DNA of 64,000 bases from Eledone cirrhosa (GCA_964016885.1 OZ024743.1:239878001-239942000), one strand, 5' to 3'; positions 1 through 14,417 are shown, counted from the first letter of the stretch. Notes: generated by a model from the sequence alone, not told the origin. Made by a program: numbers and translations.

Positions 1-1058
1 AGCTCGTCTCCTTGGCGGAGCTGCAGTCCTGGGTCAGAAAAAGACCGAGGGATAGCGCTTGGAAACTGAAATGTCTCCAGGCGCTCACTGCCCTCTGCCA
101 TATGGTCACCAGTACCGGTGGAACATCCACCTCGGCGTTCTATTAAGGACTAGTGGAGGGGAAGAGCGACGACATTCTCGGAGAGATCCTGGGCGTCGAA
201 GAAGATCAGCTGTTTGCTCTCTTCCGGAGAACTTTCAGCCCAGGGCCTATGGATAACTTCCAAAAATCCCTGACCTGGAAGTGCTACCGGGGAGCGCTGC
301 CGGTTCGAGATAAGCTCTACAGGCATGGAAGTGCCGTCAGCCGAGCCTGTCTGAGATGCGCGCAGAGCGACGAAACCGTCGTGCACGCACTCGTTCAGTG
401 CCCGAGCATTGCTGACTTGTGGAGCTATGTCGAACAGTTGCTGTCGCGTGTAGGACTAATCCGGTTATCGACTGAAACCATTGTGCAGATGGTCTCGCCG
501 TCTTCCTTCGAGGAGGAAGGGCAGGCGGTTTTCATCTTCCTGGTGGCCATGGCGAAAGAGATTGTGTGGTGGACAAGGTTGATAGGATTAAAGACAGATA
601 ATTTCCTCTTCGGCGCATCCCTAATTAACTTTTTCAAGTTGAAGAGGAAAATCAGGGTGGAGAGGCAAGTGCTGCCTTCTAGCAAGTTTGTTGAAAGGTG
701 GGTGAATGTAGCGAGAATGGTCCGATTGAACGGGACCGCTCTGAATATACGTCTGTAGTTTGAGAGAGGGAACAATTGAGAGAGGGCGCTTGCCCTGGTG
801 GTCAGGGTGGCCGTGGTCTTTTGTGTGGTTTTCGCCACGAGTAACCCTCGGAGGTTTCCCCCCTATTGGGGAATTGTTCATTGTTTCAATTTTCATTTTT
901 ATTGTTTATATATATATATGTTTCTATGTCTTTTTTTCTTTTTTTATATAAATAATAAAAATATTTACACGCACAAAACCCACATTGTATCGTCCTGTAC
1001 CGTCCTGTGCCGTCTGTAATGTTTTTCTTGATGTAAGCCCTTGTGGCCAATAAAGAAA

Positions 1059-1090
<32 letters not shown>
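1..1090 (+). mobile_element. 3' portion of an L1/Tx1-clade non-LTR retrotransposon (family B), runs off the window start
   Basis: ORF 153-758 is homologous to the C-terminus of ORF2 at 3242-6661 (MDNFQKSL.W.CYRGALPVRDKLYRHGSAV...C.RCAQSDETV.HALVQC zinc finger). The 3' UTR ends GCCCTTGTGGCCAATAAAGAAATC followed by (ATT)n at 1061-1090. Confidence 0.9.
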
Positions 1091-1301
1091 GACGAAAGTG
1101 GATGTACGTTTTTTGAAGCTCCGTGAGTAAGCAATTTTTTGAGGATTAATTGTAGAGAATTGTTTATTTTTTGTACCGCTGAAGCATTATAAGACATTAA
1201 TTTGTATCCTGTGAAGGAATAACTCATAATATTTGGGCCTTTTGGCCCAAATATTTGAACTTTATTTTGAAAAAAAATAATAATTTTTTTCTCAAAAAAA
1301 C

Positions 1302-3212
1302 ATGGCGGAGCCACGCCCCCTAGAGGCGGGTCTGCTGTCGTGCAACGGCGACTTGAGCGTTGAGAGGAGAGGTGAGGCGAGGAGCGCCACCAGCACGAGT
1401 GTGAGCAGCGACAGTGCCAGCACCAACGGGCCGAGCGGCGCGGAAGGTGGTAACAGCGACAACACCAACACCAACAAGCCGAACAGCGCAGAAGGTGGTA
1501 ATAGCGAGAGCACCAACAAAACAAACAGCACAGAGAGTAATAGTAGCGACAGCAACAGCACCAACAAGGCCAACAGCACAGAGGGTAACCACGACACAGG
1601 GGAGAACAACAACAGCAATAGCAGCAGCAACACCAACAAGAACAACAACAGTGACAACACCAACAAGAACACCTTCGCTGCTGTGGCAGCGGCTAAAAGG
1701 AGACCATGCTACAGCATCGACTTAACCAACAGAGAGGAAAAGTTGGCCCAGGCCTGGAAAATCATAAATCAAGAGCAGACCTGGGCAAACTTAACTGTCC
1801 CGGCAGAAGCCATTGAGGCAGTGGAAAAAAGAACGGTGCATTTCAGATGCATCTCAGTAGAGACAAAGAGGGCAGCGATAATCGCCCAAGCTGACATAGA
1901 AGCCGCACTGAAATACATCAGAGAGGACACAGACTTCATAGAGAGGGGCAGGCAATACGGCACCGTTTCGGTGCTGTTCAAGTCTGAAGCCCTCGCTGTG
2001 AAGCATTCAATGACCCCTTGCAAAACCAGCAAGGTTATAATGTACCCCTCCCACATGGGAAAACGAATAGCACGTGTGCGCATTCCCAGGATTCCACCAG
2101 GACTTGATATGTGGTGGCTCCTGGGTTGCGTAATCGTGGAAGGAACGGATACAGTCCCGGTAGAGGCAACGAGAACTGCCAGGGACGACTGGTCCGGGGT
2201 TGATCTGGAGATACTGCTCCAAATCAGACCCGAAAACGTGAAAGCAATCCCGGACCACATCCGCCTCCAAAACGGGAGGGTGTTGCATATAATGACTGAG
2301 GGCAAAAGGCCGCATTGTTTCCTTTGTGGGGAAACGACACACTTGCGAGCCTTCTGCCCTCAACTGCCGAAAAGCGCAAGGGGTCGAAAGATTCCACTGC
2401 TGGCGACGCCGGGACAAGGACCACCAGCAACACCGTCAACAATGGAACCACCAAAATTGCACACCCAGGGGGGAAACGAGGAAAGCTCTCCCATTCCCCC
2501 TCCCCCCCAAAATACACACACGAACAAGAACATAAACACTCACTCAGACACAAACACGCTCACAGCCACAGACCCCTCATCCTCCAGCAGTGAAGATGAG
2601 GGAAAACCAAAGTCCCCCAAAATACAAAAAACAAAACACAAAAAAAAAAGAAATCCACAAAGCACAAACACCCCCACAAAAAAAAATACACACACCACCC
2701 ACACAAACATTTTCCCCACAGCATCACCAACACAACCACCAAAATCCCCCAAACGCAAACAAGCTAAACAGACACAAGAACAAATAGACACACAAACATC
2801 AGAAACTACAGACACCCCACCCACAACAAACGCAGACACAATAGAAACAACACTAACAAAGCTATCACCACCACAATCACACGAACAAATAAAACCCGAG
2901 CAACAAAACATTAAAAACTTCGTGCTTGCCAGAAGGGCCAACACGGAATTGATGGCCCATGTAGCACGAAGCACAAACATCGAAAAAGACGGGGAAACAT
3001 TTGAAGCGAGCACATTTCGCGTACCAGATAATTTGCTTCTGATGCGAATGTCGCTCGCTTCATACAAAGAAATTCGAAAGAGCTTTCCTCGGGATGTGGG
3101 AACCCCGAACGTAAAACCCACGTCAAGACTATTAAAGGGGTTCCCAAAAGAAACCCCACAAACCATGGAGGTCGAACCACCCGACCTTCACAAGACCCCG
3201 GAAGGTAAGTAA
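1302..3212 (+). CDS. Tx1-type ORF1 (gag-like nucleic-acid-binding protein with CCHC zinc knuckle), 636 aa
   Basis: Uninterrupted ORF. CFLCGETTHLRAFC is a Cx2Cx4Hx4C knuckle. TFAAVAAA follows an N/S/T-rich N-terminus, the C-terminal half is P/K/T-rich, and the ORF lies directly upstream of an APE-RT ORF. Confidence 0.88.
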   Translation: MAEPRPLEAGLLSCNGDLSVERRGEARSATSTSVSSDSASTNGPSGAEGGNSDNTNTNKPNSAEGGNSESTNKTNSTESNSSDSNSTNKANSTEGNHDTGENNNSNSSSNTNKNNNSDNTNKNTFAAVAAAKRRPCYSIDLTNREEKLAQAWKIINQEQTWANLTVPAEAIEAVEKRTVHFRCISVETKRAAIIAQADIEAALKYIREDTDFIERGRQYGTVSVLFKSEALAVKHSMTPCKTSKVIMYPSHMGKRIARVRIPRIPPGLDMWWLLGCVIVEGTDTVPVEATRTARDDWSGVDLEILLQIRPENVKAIPDHIRLQNGRVLHIMTEGKRPHCFLCGETTHLRAFCPQLPKSARGRKIPLLATPGQGPPATPSTMEPPKLHTQGGNEESSPIPPPPQNTHTNKNINTHSDTNTLTATDPSSSSSEDEGKPKSPKIQKTKHKKKRNPQSTNTPTKKNTHTTHTNIFPTASPTQPPKSPKRKQAKQTQEQIDTQTSETTDTPPTTNADTIETTLTKLSPPQSHEQIKPEQQNIKNFVLARRANTELMAHVARSTNIEKDGETFEASTFRVPDNLLLMRMSLASYKEIRKSFPRDVGTPNVKPTSRLLKGFPKETPQTMEVEPPDLHKTPEGK

Positions 3213-3241
3213 ACCTTTCCTCTCCCATTCATCCTGCCAGC

Positions 3242-6200
3242 ATGGCCATAAGAGTAGGAAGTTTAAATGTTCGTGGCCTGGGGTCGCCCTGGAAGCAAGG
3301 TCACTTGCTCAACGACCTCAGGTCACTAGGAATGGATGTAATTGCCATCAGCGAGACCAGAATTTCCGACACACGCGCACTGGCGCCGATTTTCGACGAT
3401 TATCAGATCTTTGCATCTGTTAGTCGGCCGGGAATGGGAGGTGGAGTGGCTGTGCTGTTTAGGAAATGTCTGGATCTCGAGGTAAGGTCAATCTTCCGGG
3501 ATCCTGACGGAAAGTTGGTGGTCCTGGACGTGAGCAATAGCGAAGGTGGTGCCTTTAGACTGGTGGCCGTCTACGCCCCTACTGGGGCCGGTCGGCCGGA
3601 CTTCTTTAGGCGCCTGGAAAACTTTCTGCTTACGTCTCGCCCTTTACTGTTAATAGGGGATTGGAATGGCATCTTAGAAGCACGCTGGGATTGTGTGGGA
3701 GTATCTGATAGGAGCGGGGGGTGCAAAAGCCTCAAGTACCTGATCAGCCAGTTTCAACTGTCTGACAGGTACCGACTAGATTTCCCTAATGCGCCAGTAT
3801 GGACCTGGACCAATCGCATAGGGTCATCTAGATCGTACATAGATAGGATTTTCATTAGGAAAAGAGATAGAAATAGTGTAGGATGTCCACATTTTAAAAC
3901 GGTTGCCTATTCAGATCACAAGCTTGTGATCTGTATGGTCGACCTAGATAAGACACGTAGGTTAGGACCTAGCTACTGGAAGCTAAACATGTCGTTTCCG
4001 GCACGTAAAGCTTACAGGGACCGGGTCAACAACTTAGTTAAGCAAAAGTTGACAGGGGGGGTTGTCAACAACAGGTGGTGGGGGGCACTCAAAAGAGAGA
4101 TTAGAGCAACCTCGATAGGATTTAGCAAAGAAGTAGCAATAGAGAAAAATAGAAAAGAGGAGGGGCTGATAGCTAAGTTAGACGAGGCTATTTGTAGTGG
4201 CATTGCAACAGACGTGCTAGCGGCGAGAATGGCACTAGACCATTTCTTCAATGCGAAACACGAAGGTTGCATTGTCAGAGCTAAGGCGCGTGCTCTGAGG
4301 AACGAGGGAACCAAAGCTGCCCGATGGGCTCGCTTTGCAGAGACGCAGCGTGGAAATAAAACCACAATTCGGTCTTTGACGGATCGAGATGGACACGAAC
4401 TGAGCGATTCCAAGCAGATGTGTGAGGCCTTTCGCCAGCACTTTGCTCGATTGTTCGGGAGGATGGGTGAGTCGGAGACGGCGGCGGACTTCAGTCCCTA
4501 CCTCGACGGCTTGCCACGCCTCTCGACGGCCGACGCTGAGCGCTGCGAAGAGCCGATAACATCAGCCGAAATTCAGGACGCCCTTGTCGGCTGCTCGAGT
4601 CGCAAGTCACCCGGTTTGGATGGTCTGCCCTACGAGCTTTACGTAAATATGCCAGACTTGTTCTCCGATCTCCTCGAAGCGCTCTACTGCAACTGGCAGC
4701 AGAACGGGAGCATTCCCAGTTCTGTGAGCCGTGGCGTAGTGACGCTGATAAGGAAAGACGAGAACAAGAGGGACACACTAGATAATTTCAGGCCCATAAC
4801 CCTGCTCAACACAGAGTTTAAGATTTTGGCCAAGGTGTTAGCGAAAAGGTTGGCGCTTGTCGTCAAAGATTTGGTTGGGGAGGCGCAAACTTGCGCAATC
4901 CCGACCAGGTCCATACACGACAACCTCCACCTCATGCGATACATCATAGAGAGGGTTGGGTGCAAACCTGGCTTCGGTGGGGCTCTGATCAATTTAGATC
5001 AATCGAAAGCATTCGATAGGGTCGACCATCGGTACTTGGAGGCTGTCCTCGAGGCGGCTGGCTTCGGCCCCGTCTTCAGAAGCTGGATCGCTGCAATGTA
5101 CAGCGGCATCCGCTCGGTGGTCAAAGTTAATGGCCACCTCTCGGAACCGTTTCAGATCTCTCGATCGGTCCGTCAAGGGTGCCCTCTCTCCTCACTTCTG
5201 TACGTATTGACTCTTGAGCCTCTACTGCGGAAGCTGGAGTTGTTGCAGGGCATCCCGCTCGAACCGGGACGTAGAAAGGCTGCGTCCGCTTATGCGGACG
5301 ACATCACCGTGATGGTGTCGGACACCTCGGAAATCGAGGTGATCCGCACCCATTTGGAGGAATATGAAAGGTTGACGGGAGCAAAACTTAACCCGGAAAA
5401 GTCGGTGGGCTTGCAGCTCGGCACCTGGAGAGGCAAGTCCATGCCGTCCAACAGCGTCGTTGGGCGCTGGACAGACGGACCGGTAAAGTTGCTCGGGGTT
5501 TGGTTCGGACCAGACCTCCAGGTGGATAAGAATTGGGACGAGGTGACGAGCAGGATAGCCAACCTCACCCAGAAATGGGCTGAGAGAAAGCTATCACTGA
5601 AAGGGCGGGCGGAGGTGGCGAACGCGTACATCGCGTCCGTCATCTACTACCGCCTGACCGTCGTGCCTTGCCCCCGTCCACGCCTCGCCAATTTGGAACG
5701 GCTCCTTTTCAAATTTTTGTGGAGGGGACGGGTCCCGTTGGTGAGGCGGTCCATCTGCTGCCAGCACCCTCTTCGTGGAGGGCTGGGCATGCCGTGGCTA
5801 ATGATGCGCAGACATGCGCTGAGGCTGCGACATCTCCAGATATTTTGCCTAAACGGTGAACAGGTGTGGTCGCCGTTTGTTAGACGGGCCTTTCCGCAGC
5901 TCATCTCTTTGACTGAGCTGCAGTCCTGGGTCAAGAAGAGACCGAGACTGGGCGACTGGCATCTGGAATGTTGCCAGGCGCTCACTGCACTCTGCAAGGT
6001 GGGCAATGCGGTCAGTGGAACTTCCACTCAAGATTTCTATAGAGGATTAGTGGAGGGCAAGTGCGATGACGTACTAGGAGAGGCTCTGGGCGTCAACGAA
6101 GTAGAACTGACCAGTATGTTCCGGAGGACTTTCGAGCCGGGGACGATGGATAACTTCCAGAAATCCCTCGCTTGGCAGTGCTACCGGGGGGCGCTGCCGG

Positions 6201-6661
6201 TTCGGGATAAACTCTACAGGCACGGAAGTGCTGTCAGACGAACCTGCCCGAGATGCGCGCAGAGCGACGAAACCGTTCTGCACGCACTCGTCCAGTGTCC
6301 GTGCATTGCTGACTTGTGGGGTTATGTCGAACAGCTATTGTCGCGTGTAGAACGGATCCGGCTATCGTCCGAGTCCATAGTGAAGATTGACCCGCCGCCT
6401 TCTTTTGGTCAGGAAGGGCAGGCAATTTTCCTCTGCCTGGTGGCAGTAGCGAAAGAGGTTGCATGGTGGACCAGGTTGAAAGGACTGAAGACAGACACTT
6501 TTCTCTTCGGCCAATCCCTCATCAACTTCTTCAAGTTTCACTTGGAAAGGAAGGTGAGGGTGGAGAGAGAAGTGCTGCCCCCCAGTACATTTACTGAAAG
6601 GTGGGTGAATGTGGCGAGAATGGCCCGTGTGAGTGGGCCTACTCTGATCATGCGCCTGTAG
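3242..6661 (+). CDS. Tx1-type ORF2: apurinic-like endonuclease, reverse transcriptase and C-terminal CCHC zinc finger, 1139 aa
   Basis: APE motifs SLNVRGL, SETR, VYAP, GDWN, IDRIF, YSDH. RT motifs PGLDG, NFRPITLLN, DQSKAFDRVDH, RQGCPLS, YADD. C-terminal CPRCAQSDETVLHALVQC. No stops or frameshifts. Confidence 0.96.
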   Translation: MAIRVGSLNVRGLGSPWKQGHLLNDLRSLGMDVIAISETRISDTRALAPIFDDYQIFASVSRPGMGGGVAVLFRKCLDLEVRSIFRDPDGKLVVLDVSNSEGGAFRLVAVYAPTGAGRPDFFRRLENFLLTSRPLLLIGDWNGILEARWDCVGVSDRSGGCKSLKYLISQFQLSDRYRLDFPNAPVWTWTNRIGSSRSYIDRIFIRKRDRNSVGCPHFKTVAYSDHKLVICMVDLDKTRRLGPSYWKLNMSFPARKAYRDRVNNLVKQKLTGGVVNNRWWGALKREIRATSIGFSKEVAIEKNRKEEGLIAKLDEAICSGIATDVLAARMALDHFFNAKHEGCIVRAKARALRNEGTKAARWARFAETQRGNKTTIRSLTDRDGHELSDSKQMCEAFRQHFARLFGRMGESETAADFSPYLDGLPRLSTADAERCEEPITSAEIQDALVGCSSRKSPGLDGLPYELYVNMPDLFSDLLEALYCNWQQNGSIPSSVSRGVVTLIRKDENKRDTLDNFRPITLLNTEFKILAKVLAKRLALVVKDLVGEAQTCAIPTRSIHDNLHLMRYIIERVGCKPGFGGALINLDQSKAFDRVDHRYLEAVLEAAGFGPVFRSWIAAMYSGIRSVVKVNGHLSEPFQISRSVRQGCPLSSLLYVLTLEPLLRKLELLQGIPLEPGRRKAASAYADDITVMVSDTSEIEVIRTHLEEYERLTGAKLNPEKSVGLQLGTWRGKSMPSNSVVGRWTDGPVKLLGVWFGPDLQVDKNWDEVTSRIANLTQKWAERKLSLKGRAEVANAYIASVIYYRLTVVPCPRPRLANLERLLFKFLWRGRVPLVRRSICCQHPLRGGLGMPWLMMRRHALRLRHLQIFCLNGEQVWSPFVRRAFPQLISLTELQSWVKKRPRLGDWHLECCQALTALCKVGNAVSGTSTQDFYRGLVEGKCDDVLGEALGVNEVELTSMFRRTFEPGTMDNFQKSLAWQCYRGALPVRDKLYRHGSAVRRTCPRCAQSDETVLHALVQCPCIADLWGYVEQLLSRVERIRLSSESIVKIDPPPSFGQEGQAIFLCLVAVAKEVAWWTRLKGLKTDTFLFGQSLINFFKFHLERKVRVEREVLPPSTFTERWVNVARMARVSGPTLIMRL

Positions 6662-6965
6662 GCTGGTGAATTCGAGAAGGAGAGGGGTGCCCTTCCCGGG
6701 TGCCCTAGGAGCGTCGGGTGGCTCAGGACTGGTGGGGTGCTTGAGTCAACCCTGGGTGGTGATCCCTCTTATTGGGGAACTTTCATTGTTGTATTTTTAT
6801 TGTTATTTTGTTTTTTGTTATTTATACTTACTCGATCTCTATGTAAACCCCCACTGTCCCTGTCTATTGTGTTGTCCCCTATATGTCGGCCCTTGTGGCC
6901 AATAAATGAAATCATTATTATTATTATTATTATTATTATTGAGCCATTGCATAACTTTATGCAAC

Positions 6966-8680
<1,715 letters not shown>

Positions 8681-11518
8681 TAAATGAAAAAATTATTCAT
8701 GCACAAACTTATCTATATACACCTACATAATATGTATACCTGAAAATATGTATGCATACATATGTACTAGTTAGTAAAAAATCGATGTATACAATCATTA
8801 TCAAAAGGGTGGATAGAATGTTCTAGGGTCTAAACTTTATTCCTCGGTGAAACTCACTATTCGGTACTGAATCTTTTTATGTCTGAATGTTAACCGAAGA
8901 AATATACATATGTGATGGGAGAGAGGGTGCGTGCGTGTGTACATACATTCATAGACACTGTATGAACATACTTTTAAACGCATACTCTTAAAGCGCCTAT
9001 TAAATTATATATCGATGCAAAAATCACTTTCTGAAAAAGGATTCATTTTTTGCCGAATAGTGAAAAATAACTGATATACCCTTACTTTTAAGTACGTTAC
9101 CTCATTTTGCTTTCATTTATTGAACGTTTCTGGGATTCGCAAGCAATTCCTCAAACCGATGCACTTTCTGACATCCACAAAAATCAACGAAATCTCCAAG
9201 AATCAAAAAAGAATTCACATAATTGCTTCTCCTGCTAAAATCACAATCTACCTTATTCGAAGGAAACGATTGTTTTAGTATTCGAAAGAATAGCGCAAGT
9301 GTTGTGCATTTTCCCTAGACGTAACTGGATGAATTGCAAAAGTTTGTCACTCTCGTTATATGTGATGTAGAAAATTACTCAAAGAAAGGTTTGAACAAAT
9401 GTAACTTTCCGTGCCTCCTATTTAAACAATAAGAAACCATTTCAGAATTGTTCTTTAAGAGCTTAGTCTCTAAAAGTTGTATTATATATGCTACTGAGAT
9501 GCATTACATACACGGCTTGTAGGATAAGTTATACGTTCTTGGTTGCATAAATTAATGTCTGTATCATTTTCAAGAAATGTATGTTTAAAATAACATTCTA
9601 AGATGTATGTTCTCGTTATCTCCTATATTTCTGTTGTGAATCATCATCATCATCACTATAACGGTTAGAGAAGGGCAAAGAAACGGCATCTATTGTGCCC
9701 TGTCAGAGTCCATTTTGTACTCTGTAATCGCTACCAAAATTTACGAGAATACAGAATTAGATTGAACCGAAGAATCATTTAAGATAACTGCTTGACTTGA
9801 TAGAAACTGCAGCCAAATTCCTCTTATGTCCCACCTTATTTTTATATATTCATGTGTGTTTATGTATATATGATATTCAATATCAGATGGGAGGCACTGA
9901 GGTACTTCAAAGACATCAGTGTCTCACCATTGAATCACAGATCATCACTAGTCACCGATGTACTACAACGACATGAGTGACTCACCACTGAATCAGCATT
10001 AGTCGAACGCAATAGACAGATATTGTTGTACACATTCACAATAAACGACAACCAAAACACATTTTGTACAGAGAACTGAAAATTAGAAAGCTCTTCAAAA
10101 ATAAGCAATAAACAAATACTGCATTAATACAATCTAAAGAAATACAACTAGTAATACATGTGAGTACATAAAGTTTGGTGGTATGAGGGAATGTTTCGGA
10201 CATTCCGTTTAGAAAAGAATATGTTTACAAAAAAGCCGACTAAACACACCCAGCTGAAATATAATTTACGTAAATGTATTCTTCCAAATCTGCCTAATAA
10301 TTGTTTCTTCTTTTGGTACAAGGCCAGCAATTATAATGTGAAGAGCTGAAAGTGCAATACCTGTGAATATGTTGTTTCGAAAGCAGGATATATTAATCAC
10401 ATGAAATTACACACATACTCGGAGAGTCGATATATGGTCACTAATCTCTTCACTCCACGGATCACAAAATACTACTTGTGCCGTCCATAGCAATGTGTGT
10501 AGATCAAGACATGAACTATAAAGGTTTGTTTAGAAGAATGGCATTCAACAGATACACCCAGTCAATTCTGTAGAGATACGGAGATGTCGTAATTCATTGA
10601 CTGGTCTTAAATATCATCACAAACGACATTGGCGTCTAACAATAAATGATGTGACCACTATCATCTGAAGAAATCCTCATCTATGCACGTATGTATGCAT
10701 ATATACATGAATGCGCGTATACATGTGTGCACATATTCATGTATGTCTGAATGCATAATGTGTATATGTGTGCGTGTGTGGTTTGCGTGTTCGTAAGATT
10801 ATGTCTACGTAACTCGGGTTATACAATGACCCCCATCAACAAAATGACCATCATAACGCTCATCATATTAATCACTACCAAAGCAATCATCACCATCACA
10901 AAAAAAATAAACATCATAATCAACGCTACTGCCGTCATTACAATCATGATGGGTCGACGATGATGACTACCACGATGATAAATACGCTTGTATATAAAAT
11001 GTACTTTGTTTTATATCTATGGTAGTAGGTGTAAGTTCTACACACTGGTGCATTCGGGCGAGTGTGTAAAACCCGTATACATGAATTTGCAGTCTACTAA
11101 AGAGACACGTGATTACAGGATCTACCCGTATATAGTTTCGAATATACGGGATGAGGTACTTTTATAAAAGTTCGAGTAACAAACAATATTAGTATTTTTA
11201 CAAAGCTATATTTATATAGAAGGAAATACAGTCATTCATATATATCATGACAAAAGATGAACTTTGTATCTCATAATTAATGTGTGTGGAGCGGGGTTTA
11301 TGAAAACTAACCTTTACTTTAATAGTGTATTACCGGGGACGATGCCTGTAGATAATGCCGGTCTCAACTTTATTTTCAATATATTTCGCAGCTGTAATTG
11401 ACCAAGCATTTCACAATTGTGAGATAGGCATCTTTATTAGTTATTGTATATAAGTAAACTCTTTAACTTGAATCGCCACGAATTGAAATCTAAAGCACTT
11501 ACGCCCATAGGTCGTAAG

Positions 11519-12470
11519 CTATTGTATGCTGATGATTGTGATTATGTGGCCCACCCAAAAAACGATATTGAGAAGATAATGGATCTCTTCTTCGGTGTTT
11601 GTACTGCCTTTGCACTTATGTGAAACCTGACGAAATGAAGAACGATATTTTTCAACTGCCCCAGGCAAGCGGTATGTAGAACCAAATATATATGTATATG
11701 GGGCTACGCTTGGGGCTGTGAATTTTCGCAGTTCTGTCTTTGGGGATGGATCCTTGAAATACATTTATAGATTGATAAAGTTTCTGTTGTGCTTGGTGCA
11801 TTCGAATACCGAGTTCGGTCAAACAGGAACTTACGAGTTTCGACTAAGACCTGCGTCTGATGCATTTATTATCATCTCACTGCTGTACACGTTTGAGATA
11901 TAGACGCTGCGTTGAAAGATTTTTGAAAGATTCCAGCGGAGAAGACTGAGACATATTTTGATATCGGATGGAAATCCCTCTCATCTGACACAGAACTACT
12001 TGAAAATTTAGAGTAACGAGGCTCATTTCAGTAGATAAAATATACACTGGGCTGGTCTTGTCATACGTCACAAAGACTTCAGATTTACAAAATAGTTTAT
12101 TTATGCTTTCGGTACTCGTTCCCAGCATAAACTAAGAAAATAGTTTCGTGATGTACCAACTTTAACCGCCACTCCTTGAACATCAACATTCTAGACTTGG
12201 AATATATTTTTTAATAGGAGTGAACAACCGAATGGCTGGGATAATATGTAAGATCTGAAGAAAAAAAAAGGGATTGTTTGTCATGTCATGAAGCAGAATG
12301 TCCGAAAATTGCGGGCTGTAATATCAAATGCATTAGAGGGACCGAAGATGATCTCACTCTCAACGTATATAGCCGAACCACTCTTTTAAGGGCCAAACAT
12401 ATAACCCACGAGAAAATAAATGTCAGCAGCATACATACTATCAGTCACACAAGGGGACTGCTGTCCTAGC
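11519..12470 (+). mobile_element. Decayed RTE-clade (BovB-like) LINE fragment, from RT motif C to the C-terminus
   Basis: From about 11522 it reads LYADDCDYVAHPKNDIEKIMDLFFGVCTAF (YADD motif), then PNIYVYGATL.. and SVFGDGSL. Many stops and frameshifts. Confidence 0.65.
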
Positions 12471-12647
12471 TGACAAATATACACATCTACCATTATCAGA
12501 CTTAGTAATCATCTAAAGAACCGGACCAGGGCAGAAACGATAAATATCCGATAGAGGGTGACAACTGCGACAACAAAGTGTCCTGACTCGGATTCGAGTC
12601 GAAACTGAAATGCACACAAACGCGCACAGACACAGACACACACACAC

Positions 12648-12710
<63 letters not shown>

Positions 12711-12743
12711 AATGTATATATATATATATATATATATATATGA

Positions 12744-12842
<99 letters not shown>

Positions 12843-12859
12843 CATATATAGGTGATAAA

Positions 12860-13248
12860 AGCCGACCTTACCCAATTACACCTCTCAAAGGCGATGACAC
12901 ACGACCGTGACCTCTGGCGTCACGCAGTAATACAGAGTACCCGACCTCCCATGGGTACAAGCTGAAGCATATAGACAATATGCCCCCACATCCCCCACTG
13001 CAAGGTGGTCGTGGAGGTGCCACGGCAAAAAAGCACCCAGCCCACACTGTAAAGTGGACGTGAAGGCGCCACAAAAAAGCACCCACCACTCACTGTAAAT
13101 GAGGTTGGTGTTAGGAAGGGCATCCAGCTGTAGAAATCAAGCCAAATCAGTTCCTGTATGAGCAAGGCATGGTCAGCCGACCAGAAACTGCCCACAACAG
13201 GACAACCCGTCTAACCCATGCTAGCGTGGAAGAACGGACGTAAAACGG

Positions 13249-13288
<40 letters not shown>
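12860..13288 (+). mobile_element. 3' end of an RTE-type LINE with (GAT)n tail; a tiny minus-strand copy of the same end is at 33789-33830
   Basis: ORF end [13 protein letters not shown] motifs GGTTGGTGTTAGGAAGGGCATCCAGCTGTAGAAA and AACCCATGCTAGCGTGGAAGAACGGACGTAAAAC, then (GAT)n. Confidence 0.65.
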
Positions 13289-13399
13289 ATATACATAAGA
13301 ATATTGCAATCGCTTGTCAGATTATAGAGTTTGGTGCACTTTAAGGCTACTTTCAGCCACACGAACCTGTAACATATCATAAATAAGCAATGCCTATGC

Positions 13400-13810
13400 T
13401 TTGAAGGTTTTTTTAAGTGGGGAAAGGCCTTGCACTCGCCCTATCCCACTCTCCGGGCATCAAAAACACTACCCGAAAAGGAGAACTGGTCAACACCACC
13501 AGACGCTTCCGAAGCCGCACTTTTTTTTCAAAGATTCCCTCTTCTATAAAGATGTTGTGACAACAACTAGAGGACTATCACTCCCAGGTGAAAAAAAAGA
13601 CCCCTACTATTTGGATGACCATTGACTCTGCTGAGTTCCTCCGCCCTTTGCCGGGTGTTGTATTTCATCCCACAGGATGTCCAAATATCTCCAGCCTCAC
13701 CAAGCTAGCTTGGTGGGGTAGCCAGCTTAGTCGCCGACGACCGAACCCTGAGACAGGTTGTACTGGGTTACCTGTTAACAGTAGCACAGTATCACTCGAG
13801 AGTAGTGACC
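13400..13810 (-). mobile_element. Possible 5' UTR fragment of an RTE-type LINE
   Basis: GC-rich island next to (TA)n. The minus strand ends CCTTTCCCCACTTAAAAAAACC, which resembles RTE 5' UTRs. Resemblance only, no protein motif. Confidence 0.3.
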
Positions 13811-13838
13811 TGATATATATGTATATATATATATATAC

Positions 13839-13946
<108 letters not shown>

Positions 13947-14417
13947 GGACCTACAAACATACAAACATACATATTTCGCTTTCGTATTTGTTTTGAAAGA
14001 TATTTGATGTGAAATCGCGTGTGGAAACAACCACTGCTTTACACGAAGACAGTCATGTTCCCAACAACACCTTGCTGGTCATGATAGAAAAATGTACCAG
14101 TCGAGTATTGAGGTGGATTCCTCCTCTATTTCATTTTCTCGCTTCCTCTCTATCATTCCCCCTGTCCATGATTTAAAGAAATCCGCTGGACTCCGCAAGA
14201 AGGATTACATTTCTCTACAATATGATTTTCTATAACAAGCATATTTCAATAATAAAAATTAAAGAAATCATTAGCAAATCTATTTCAAATAACAGCAACA
14301 GAGATATTGATTGCACAAGAAAGTGTAATATTTTACTGTAGCGTCCCTACTACCCAAGTATATATATATAAACGGAAGGAGCTCAGCCGTTGGGGTCCCA
14401 AAACCTTCAGATATATA

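Larger units (their letters stand above)
1091..6940 (+). mobile_element. Full-length L1/Tx1-clade LINE (family A) with two intact ORFs
   Basis: Starts immediately after an (ATT)n tract. About 210 bp 5' UTR, ORF1, 29-bp spacer, ORF2, then a 3' UTR ending GCCCTTGTGGCCAATAAATGAAATC(ATT)n at 6914-6940. Confidence 0.93.
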
